Below, piece after piece: positions 8,077 to 19,000 of a DNA stretch of 64,000 bases. Position 1 is the first letter of the stretch, and each line of letters starts with the position of its first letter. Source of the stretch: Eledone cirrhosa (lineage: Eukaryota); assembly GCA_964016885.1 (NCBI GenBank), contig CAXHJY010001394.1, positions 62,001 to 126,000 of the forward strand, read 5' to 3'. The notes beneath the pieces are model-generated. The model searched no databases, was not told where the DNA came from, and saw only the letters and a list, made by a program, of their open reading frames with translations. A program made the position numbers and the translations under genes.

Positions 8077-11000
8077 GGCCCTGTGCGTCGATCGTGGGCC
8101 GGCCGGATGTTGACGGATCGATGTGTAATTAGAAGTACATGTGCGGACACTCATTGGCTGTGCGTGGTATGCATTTCAGCAAGATATCTCCGTAACATCA
8201 AGAGTTATGGCTGTGGAGGCACACCTAGTCAAACGTAAACAAGCTCTGGAGCGTATACGCTTCGCGATTTTGTTTACGTTTGACTAGGTGTGCCTCCACA
8301 GCCACAACTCTTGATGTTACGGAGATATCTTGCTGAAATGCATACCACGCACAGCCAATGAGTGTCCGCACATGTACTTCTAATTACACATCGATCCGTC
8401 AACATCCGGCCGGCCCACGATCGACGCACAGGGCCGGATGGCCCGTTTGCAGTGAATTTTCACCGGAATCGATCTGTAATTACTGGTACATGTGCGGACA
8501 CACATTTGCTGTGTGTGGTGTGATTTTCACGAAAAACTGCCCATGCTAAATGAGGAAGCTGAAGTCCGCCGGCGAATGGTGTGCTTCGAAGAAAACTAAT
8601 TCGAAAATGACCGTTTGCAGGCGGAGTAACCTTTTCGATCGTGGGCCAGCCGCCCGTGGTGGGATACATCTGTAATTACTGGTACATGTGCGGACACACA
8701 TTTGCTGTGTGTGGTGTGATTTTCGAGAAAGACTGCCCATGCTAAATGAGGAAGCTGAAGTCCGCCGGCGAATGGTGTGCTTCGAAGAAAACTAATTCGA
8801 AAATGACTATTTGCCGGCGGAATCACCTTTTCGGTCCTGGTCCGGCCGGATCTTGCCGGATCGATCGGAAATTTGTGGACCATGTTCGGAAGGCCATTGT
8901 GCATGTGTGGTGAAAAAAATTTGTGTCGAAATCTTCTCGGAAAATAACGGATCGCCGGCGGAGATTGCCATTTCGATCGTGGGCCGGCCGGATCTTGTCG
9001 GATCGATTCGGACATATGTGCATCGTGTTCGCAAGGCCCTTGTCTATGTGTGGTGTGATTTTCATAAAGAAATTCCGAAAAACCCAGTTTTAAATCTGAT
9101 TTCGCCAAAGAATTTTGGCTATCAGATCGGGTTGAAAGGTATGGTTTCAGGTCGATCTGAAAGTCTAAAATGGAATTCACTCGGTTAGCTAACTTTTGAT
9201 ATATCGGAGATATCTTTCTGAAAATCACACCACACACTCCCAATGAGTGTCTGCACATGTACGAGTAATTACAGATGGATCCCACCACGGGCGGCCGGCC
9301 CACGATCGAAAAGGTTACTCCGAAGCACACCATTCGCCGGCGGAATTCATTTAGCATGGGCAGTTTTTCTCGAAAATCACACCACACACAGCCAATGAGT
9401 GTCCGCACATGTACCAGTAATTACAGATGGATCCCACCACGGGCGGCTGGCCCACGATCGAAAAGGTTACTCCGCCTGCAAACGGTCATTTTCGAATTAG
9501 TTTTCTTCGAAGCACACCATTCGCCGGCGGACTTCAGCTTCCTCATTTAGCATGGGCAGTTTTTCTCGAAAATCACACCACACACAGCAAATGTGTGTCC
9601 GCACATGTACCAGTAATTACAGATCGATTCCGGTGAAAATTCACTGAAAACGGGCCATTCTGCCCTGTGCGTCGATCGTGGGCCGGCCGGATGTTGACGG
9701 ATCGATGTGTAATTAGAAGTACATGTGCGGACACTCATTGGCTGTGCGTGGTATGCATTTCAGCAAGATATCTCCGTAACATCAAGAGTTATGGCTGTGG
9801 AGGCACACCTAGTCAAACGTAAACAAGCTCTGGAGCGTATACGCTTCGCGATTTTGTTTACGTTTGACTAGGTGTGCCTCCACAGCCACAACTCTTGATG
9901 TTACGGAGATATCTTGCTGAAATGCATACCACGCACAGCCAATGAGTGTCCGCACATGTACTTCTAATTACACATCGATCCGTCAACATCCGGCCGGCCC
10001 ACGATCGACGCACAGGGCCGGATGGCCCGTTTTCAGTGAATTTTCACCGGAATCGATCTGTAATTACTGGTACATGTGCGGACACACATTTGCTGTGTGT
10101 GGTGTGATTTTCACGAAAAACTGCCCATGCTAAATGAGGAAGCTGAAGTCCGCCGGCGAATGGTGTGCTTCGAAGAAAACTAATTCGAAAATGACCGTTT
10201 GCAGGCGGAGTAACCTTTTCGATCGTGGGCCAGCCGCCCGTGGTGGGATACATCTGTAATTACTGGTACATGTGCGGACACACATTTGCTGTGTGTGGTG
10301 TGATTTTCGAGAAAGACTGCCCATGCTAAATGAGGAAGCTGAAGTCCGCCGGCGAATGGTGTGCTTCGAAGAAAACTAATTCGAAAATGACTATTTGCCG
10401 GCGGAATCACCTTTTCGGTCCTGGTCCGGCCGGATCTTGCCGGATCGATCGGAAATTTGTGGACCATGTTCGGAAGGCCATTGTGCATGTGTGGTGAAAA
10501 AAATTTGTGTCGAAATCTTCTCGGAAAATAACGGATCGCCGGCGGAGATTGCCATTTCGATCGTGGGCCGGCCGGATCTTGTCGGATCGATTCGGACATA
10601 TGTGCATCGTGTTCGCAAGGCCCTTGTCTATGTGTGGTGTGATTTTCATAAAGAAATTCCGAAAAACCCAGTTTTAAATCTGATTTCGCCAAAGAATTTT
10701 GGCTATCAGATCGGGTTGAAAGGTATGGTTTCAGGTCGATCTGAAAGTCTAAAATGGAATTCACTCGGTTAGCTAACTTTTGATATATCGGAGATATCTT
10801 TCTGAAAATCACACCACACACTCCCAATGAGTGTCTGCACATGTACCAGTAATTACAGATGGATCCCACCACGGGCGGCCGGCCCACGATCGAAAAGGTT
10901 ACTCCGAAGCACACCATTCGCCGGCGGAATTCATTTAGCATGGGCAGTTTTTCTCGAAAATCACACCACACACAGCCAATGAGTGTCCGCACATGTACCA

Positions 11001-14000
11001 GTAATTACAGATGGATCCCACCACGGGCGGCTGGCCCACGATCGAAAAGGTTACTCCGCCTGCAAACGGTCATTTTCGAATTAGTTTTCTTCGAAGCACA
11101 CCATTCGCCGGCGGACTTCAGCTTCCTCATTTAGCATGGGCAGTTTTTCTCGAAAATCACACCACACACAGCAAATGTGTGTCCGCACATGTACCAGTAA
11201 TTACAGATCGATTCCGGTGAAAATTCACTGAAAACGGGCCATTCTGCCCTGTGCGTCGATCGTGGGCCGGCCGGATGTTGACGGATCGATGTGTAATTAG
11301 AAGTACATGTGCGGACACTCATTGGCTGTGCGTGGTATGCATTTCAGCAAGATATCTCCGTAACATCAAGAGTTATGGCTGTGGAGGCACACCTAGTCAA
11401 ACGTAAACAAGCTCTGGAGCGTATACGCTTCGCGATTTTGTTTACGTTTGACTAGGTGTGCCTCCACAGCCACAACTCTTGATGTTACGGAGATATCTTG
11501 CTGAAATGCATACCACGCACAGCCAATGAGTGTCCGCACATGTACTTCTAATTACACATCGATCCGTCAACATCCGGCCGGCCCACGATCGACGCACAGG
11601 GCCGGATGGCCCGTTTTCAGTGAATTTTCACCGGAATCGATCTGTAATTACTGGTACATGTGCGGACACACATTTGCTGTGTGTGGTGTGATTTTCACGA
11701 AAAACTGCCCATGCTAAATGAGGAAGCTGAAGTCCGCCGGCGAATGGTGTGCTTCGAAGAAAACTAATTCGAAAATGACCGTTTGCAGGCGGAGTAACCT
11801 TTTCGATCGTGGGCCAGCCGCCCGTGGTGGGATACATCTGTAATTACTGGTACATGTGCGGACACACATTTGCTGTGTGTGGTGTGATTTTCGAGAAAGA
11901 CTGCCCATGCTAAATGAGGAAGCTGAAGTCCGCCGGCGAATGGTGTGCTTCGAAGAAAACTAATTCGAAAATGACTATTTGCCGGCGGAATCACCTTTTC
12001 GGTCCTGGTCCGGCCGGATCTTGCCGGATCGATCGGAAATTTGTGGACCATGTTCGGAAGGCCATTGTGCATGTGTGGTGAAAAAAATTTGTGTCGAAAT
12101 CTTCTCGGAAAATAACGGATCGCCGGCGGAGATTGCCATTTCGATCGTGGGCCGGCCGGATCTTGTCGGATCGATTCGGACATATGTGCATCGTGTTCGC
12201 AAGGCCCTTGTCTATGTGTGGTGTGATTTTCATAAAGAAATTCCGAAAAACCCAGTTTTAAATCTGATTTCGCCAAAGAATTTTGGCTATCAGATCGGGT
12301 TGAAAGGTATGGTTTCAGGTCGATCTGAAAGTCTAAAATGGAATTCACTCGGTTAGCTAACTTTTGATATATCGGAGATATCTTTCTGAAAATCACACCA
12401 CACACTCCCAATGAGTGTCTGCACATGTACCAGTAATTACAGATGGATCCCACCACGGGCAGCCGGCCCACGATCGAAAAGGTTACTCCGAAGCACACCA
12501 TTCGCCGGCGGAATTCATTTAGCATGGGCAGTTTTTCTCGAAAATCACACCACACACAGCCAATGAGTGTCCGCACATGTACCAGTAATTACAGATGGAT
12601 CCCACCACGGGCGGCTGGCCCACGATCGAAAAGGTTACTCCGCCTGCAAACGGTCATTTTCGAATTAGTTTTCTTCGAAGCACACCATTCGCCGGCGGAC
12701 TTCAGCTTCCTCATTTAGCATGGGCAGTTTTTCTCGAAAATCACACCACACACAGCAAATGTGTGTCCGCACATGTACCAGTAATTACAGATCGATTCCG
12801 GTGAAAATTCACTGAAAACGGGCCATTCTGCCCTGTGCGTCGATCGTGGGCCGGCCGGATGTTGACGGATCGATGTGTAATTAGAAGTACATGTGCGGAC
12901 ACTCATTGGCTGTGCGTGGTATGCATTTCAGCAAGATATCTCCGTAACATCAAGAGTTATGGCTGTGGAGGCACACCTAGTCAAACGTAAACAAGCTCTG
13001 GAGCGTATACGCTTCGCGATTTTGTTTACGTTTGACTAGGTGTGCCTCCACAGCCACAACTCTTGATGTTACGGAGATATCTTGCTGAAATGCATACCAC
13101 GCACAGCCAATGAGTGTCCGCACATGTACTTCTAATTACACATCGATCCGTCAACATCCGGCCGGCCCACGATCGACGCACAGGGCCGGATGGCCCGTTT
13201 TCAGTGAATTTTCACCGGAATCGATCTGTAATTACTGGTACATGTGCGGACACACATTTGCTGTGTGTGGTGTGATTTTCACGAAAAACTGCCCATGCTA
13301 AATGAGGAAGCTGAAGTCCGCCGGCGAATGGTGTGCTTCGAAGAAAACTAATTCGAAAATGACCGTTTGCAGGCGGAGTAACCTTTTCGATCGTGGGCCA
13401 GCCGCCCGTGGTGGGATACATCTGTAATTACTGGTACATGTGCGGACACACATTTGCTGTGTGTGGTGTGATTTTCGAGAAAGACTGCCCATGCTAAATG
13501 AGGAAGCTGAAGTCCGCCGGCGAATGGTGTGCTTCGAAGAAAACTAATTCGAAAATGACTATTTGCCGGCGGAATCACCTTTTCGGTCCTGGTCCGGCCG
13601 GATCTTGCCGGATCGATCGGAAATTTGTGGACCATGTTCGGAAGGCCATTGTGCATGTGTGGTGAAAAAAATTTGTGTCGAAATCTTCTCGGAAAATAAC
13701 GGATCGCCGGCGGAGATTGCCATTTCGATCGTGGGCCGGCCGGATCTTGTCGGATCGATTCGGACATATGTGCATCGTGTTCGCAAGGCCCTTGTCTATG
13801 TGTGGTGTGATTTTCATAAAGAAATTCCGAAAAACCCAGTTTTAAATCTGATTTCGCCAAAGAATTTTGGCTATCAGATCGGGTTGAAAGGTATGGTTTC
13901 AGGTCGATCTGAAAGTCTAAAATGGAATTCACTCGGTTAGCTAACTTTTGATATATCGGAGATATCTTTCTGAAAATCACACCACACACTCCCAATGAGT

Positions 14001-15932
14001 GTCTGCACATGTACCAGTAATTACAGATGGATCCCACCACGGGCGGCCGGCCCACGATCGAAAAGGTTACTCCGAAGCACACCATTCGCCGGCGGAATTC
14101 ATTTAGCATGGGCAGTTTTTCTCGAAAATCACACCACACACAGCCAATGAGTGTCCGCACATGTACCAGTAATTACAGATGGATCCCACCACGGGCGGCT
14201 GGCCCACGATCGAAAAGGTTACTCCGCCTGCAAACGGTCATTTTCGAATTAGTTTTCTTCGAAGCACACCATTCGCCGGCGGACTTCAGCTTCCTCATTT
14301 AGCATGGGCAGTTTTTCTCGAAAATCACACCACACACAGCAAATGTGTGTCCGCACATGTACCAGTAATTACAGATCGATTCCGGTGAAAATTCACTGAA
14401 AACGGGCCATTCTGCCCTGTGCGTCGATCGTGGGCCGGCCGGATGTTGACGGATCGATGTGTAATTAGAAGTACATGTGCGGACACTCATTGGCTGTGCG
14501 TGGTATGCATTTCAGCAAGATATCTCCGTAACATCAAGAGTTATGGCTGTGGAGGCACACCTAGTCAAACGTAAACAAGCTCTGGAGCGTATACGCTTCG
14601 CGATTTTGTTTACGTTTGACTAGGTGTGCCTCCACAGCCACAACTCTTGATGTTACGGAGATATCTTGCTGAAATGCATACCACGCACAGCCAATGAGTG
14701 TCCGCACATGTACTTCTAATTACACATCGATCCGTCAACATCCGGCCGGCCCACGATCGACGCACAGGGCCGGATGGCCCGTTTTCAGTGAATTTTCACC
14801 GGAATCGATCTGTAATTACTGGTACATGTGCGGACACACATTTGCTGTGTGTGGTGTGATTTTCACGAAAAACTGCCCATGCTAAATGAGGAAGCTGAAG
14901 TCCGCCGGCGAATGGTGTGCTTCGAAGAAAACTAATTCGAAAATGACCGTTTGCAGGCGGAGTAACCTTTTCGATCGTGGGCCAGCCGCCCGTGGTGGGA
15001 TACATCTGTAATTACTGGTACATGTGCGGACACACATTTGCTGTGTGTGGTGTGATTTTCGAGAAAGACTGCCCATGCTAAATGAGGAAGCTGAAGTCCG
15101 CCGGCGAATGGTGTGCTTCGAAGAAAACTAATTCGAAAATGACTATTTGCCGGCGGAATCACCTTTTCGGTCCTGGTCCGGCCGGATCTTGCCGGATCGA
15201 TCGGAAATTTGTGGACCATGTTCGGAAGGCCATTGTGCATGTGTGGTGAAAAAAATTTGTGTCGAAATCTTCTCGGAAAATAACGGATCGCCGGCGGAGA
15301 TTGCCATTTCGATCGTGGGCCGGCCGGATCTTGTCGGATCGATTCGGACATATGTGCATCGTGTTCGCAAGGCCCTTGTCTATGTGTGGTGTGATTTTCA
15401 TAAAGAAATTCCGAAAAACCCAGTTTTAAATCTGATTTCGCCAAAGAATTTTGGCTATCAGATCGGGTTGAAAGGTATGGTTTCAGGTCGATCTGAAAGT
15501 CTAAAATGGAATTCACTCGGTTAGCTAACTATTGATATATCGGAGATATCTTTCTGAAAATCACACCACACACTCCCAATGAGTGTCTGCACATGTCCCA
15601 GTAATTACAGATGGATCCCACCACGGGCGGCCGGCCCACGATCGAAAAGGTTACTCCGAAGCACACCATTCGCCGGCGGAATTCATTTAGCATGGGCAGT
15701 TTTTCTCGAAAATCACACCACACACAGCCAATCAGTGTCCGCACATGTACCAGTAATTACAGATGGATCCCACTACGGGCGGCTGGCCCACGATCGAAAA
15801 GGTTACTCCGCCTGCAAACGGTCATTTTCGAATTCGTTTTCTTCGAAGCACACCATTCGCCGGCGGACTTCAGCTGCCTCATTTAGCATGGGCAGCTTTT
15901 CTCGAAAATCACACCACACACAGCCAATGAGT
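8077..15932. repeat. Palindromic satellite array 1: 4 x 1584 bp + 1520 bp
   Basis: Identical ORF set every 1584 bp. Palindrome axes at 8256, 9840, 11424, 13008 and 14592. Confidence 0.97.
9347..10333. repeat. Representative long inverted repeat of the satellite (~480-bp arms, 27-nt centre)
   Basis: 9347-9826 is the reverse complement of 9854-10333, with about 9 mismatches by eye and no indels. Confidence 0.93.
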
Positions 15933-16007
15933 TTAAAATACTCACCGTTTGATTTGGAAAAACTTAAAATGCTCACATATATATGTGTATGTATTTATCT
16001 ATGCATG

Positions 16008-16053
<46 letters not shown>

Positions 16054-19000
16054 TGTATTTATCTATGTATTTATCTATATGCATGGATATATATATATAT
16101 ATATATATTTATCTATGTATTTATCTATATGCATGGATATATATATATATATATATATATATGTATTTATCTATGCATGTATGAATATATAAAATATATA
16201 TATATATATATGTGTGTATGTATTTATCTATGCATGTATGAATATATAAAATATATATATATATATATATGTATGTATTTATCTATGCATGTATATATAT
16301 ATAAATATATACATAAATATATATATATATATATGTATTTATCTATGCATGTGTGCATACATATATATATATATATATGTATTTATCTATACATGTATGT
16401 ATATATATATATATACATATATAAGTATTTATCTATACATGTATGTATATATATATATACATATATATGTATTTATCTATACATGTATGTATATATATAT
16501 ATATATATATATGTATATAAGTATTTATCTATACATGTATGTATATATAAAATATTGTCATGTTTACAAAAATATTTTTCTAATATCGTGTTTAATATTT
16601 TATATTGTCGTCTGCTTCTCTTCTCACGTGGTTACTAACTCTCTCACCCTCTCTCTCTTTCCCCTCTCATACAACCCCTTCTTTCTCTTTCTTTCCCCTC
16701 TCACACAACCTCTTCTTTCTCTCTCTTTTTGCCAGTCCCTTCTCTCACTCTCTCTCCCTCTTCCTTTTTTTATCTCTTTCTTTCTGTCTCTGTTTCCCTC
16801 CTATAGACATTCTCTCTCTCTCTTTCTGCTCTCACTCAGCCTTCTCTCTCTTTCCCCTCTCACACAGTCTTCTCTCTCTCTCTTTCCCCTCTCACACAGC
16901 ATTCTCTCTCTCTCTCTCTCTCTTTCCCCTCTCACATAGCATTCTCTCTCTCTCTCTCTCTTTATTTCCCCTCTCACACAGCCTTCTCTCTCTATCTATC
17001 TATCTCTCTCTCTGGAGATTTTTTAACACAAAGTCACACAAGGATTAGAAAAATGGCGATTATCACTTTGAAAGTAACAATTATGCAATAAATAGTTGTT
17101 ATTGCCACGTCTCGTATCCTCCTTTGGCAATGTGTAAAATGTTAGCGAGATCGAGTGAACAATACACAAGTTATAATACTTTACAGACGGGACTTATACA
17201 GTAGATGTAGCAAAATGCGTAGATTACGATTCTTGAGACGAGATTAAAATATACGATTATGGGATACTTTAAGAAGACGAGTAGATGTTTGAGTAGATTT
17301 AGCTGCTTTTTCTAGCATTTTTAGTTATACTTTGAAGCAAATTTTTTTTGTTACTATTATATTAAAAGTTATCTGGTTACGTTATTTGACTGGTATTTCT
17401 AGCATTTTACAAGGACCACGTGTGTGTTTTATTTGAGGAAGATCTAGTTGTTATTTCTGATATTTTCTTCATCAAGTTAGTTGCTATTTCCTGCATCCTC
17501 TTGAAGACAAGGAATAATAATGAATTAGCTGCTGTTTCTAGTAGGTTCTATGGTAGTGGTGAGCGTGGGAGGGAGGTTTGACTGCTATTTTTAGCAGGTT
17601 CTAAGGCATTGAGGTTTATGTTTTACGAGAGATTTGGCTGTTATTTCTAACATGTTATAATGGAGAGAGAGAGAGAGAGTATAAGATATACAGAGAGAGG
17701 GAGTATAAGATATAGAGAGAGGGGAAACGGCCGATGTTTACGTTGAGAAAACCTAATAAAATGTTATAAATGGGTTTATAAAGAATAGAATGAGATAAAC
17801 AAGACAAAGTTAGATAAAATAAATCAGCTGTAAGGATATTATACGATATATTTATAATATTTTAATATATTTTTCCTGGTCGTCTGCTGCCATTGATAGA
17901 GAGAGGAGTGGTGGGAGGTAGCCATAACAACCGTGGTAGCAGCACTGAGGTTTGTTTTTAAAGAAGTGAATACAAGAAAAACAAGCAACTAAGAATATTA
18001 ATCTCTTAAACCCTTCAAGATGTGTATGACAAGAAAGAAGACGTTTTAGAGTCGTATGACATAGATGATAACTGGAAATTCTTACGTGACAACTTACTGC
18101 AGGCTACTGAAGAAACTTGTGGCTGGAGCAGAGCTCCGACCAGACAGAGAGTGACCTGGTGGTGGGACAACACGGTAGATAAGGCCATTAGAGACAAAAG
18201 ACTAGCATGGAACACTTGAAAAAATGGTGGGAGTAGAGACCGATACACAGCTGCTAAGAGAGAAGCTAGACGTCAGATGTACTTAGCACGCACGGAGGCT
18301 GAGAGTAGGAGGTTTGCCAATGTTCTGTGATGGGAAGATCAGAGGCGTGCGGTGTTCCACATTGCAAGGCATGGTGTCAGTGTAAATCAGGATGTTGTTG
18401 GAGATAAGTGTATCCGGAATGATGCCAGTGTACTTGGTGTCACGAATGATCAAAAAAAGGAGGCCTGGAAATATCATTATGAGAGGCTGATGAATTGTGG
18501 AGAATGAATGGGAGAGAGGGAAACTATCCCCAGTAGACCCAACAGAGGGACCAGCTATTGAGATTGGGGAATATAGGGTACAAGAGGCAATTAAGGAAAT
18601 GAAGAATGGCAAGGCTACTGGACTCTAGGGGATAGTTGCTCAGATGCTGAAGGCATCAGAAGTAGGCACTAAACTGGTTACACACATCATCAATCAAGCT
18701 ATATATGGTAGTGTCATACCCAAAGAATGGTGCAGCAGTATTCTCATAAATTGGTACAAAGGTAAAGGGGATGCTCTGGAGAGGAGCAATTATATGGGCA
18801 CTTCAATATTTAATGATACAGGTGATAAAACAACAACTATAAGGTAAATAAGTCACCTTATGTTATTTACAAACATTAACGTCCACCTTAATATGAAATA
18901 ATCACCATAAAAGAGGAAGCGAGGGCATCGGCTACCGGCACCCGGGCTGCTCTCTCATCCTGAGTGGGATCTTCCAGCGTTGATGCATCACCACGTTGAT

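Noticed and set aside
8243-8269. Resemblance of GCGTATACGC to a protelomerase target or viral hairpin-telomere concatemer junction
   Set aside because: A replicated hairpin end gives a perfect palindrome or alternating flip/flop isomers. Here the centre is imperfect and has a fixed orientation, and no protelomerase or viral gene is present.
8358-15886. Recurrent ORFs in the satellite, including the 270-aa minus-strand ORF (e.g. 8596-9408)
   Set aside because: No recognisable domain. The same peptides appear on both strands and in several frames because of the palindrome and subrepeats, and the 270-aa ORF is broken by a stop in terminal monomers.
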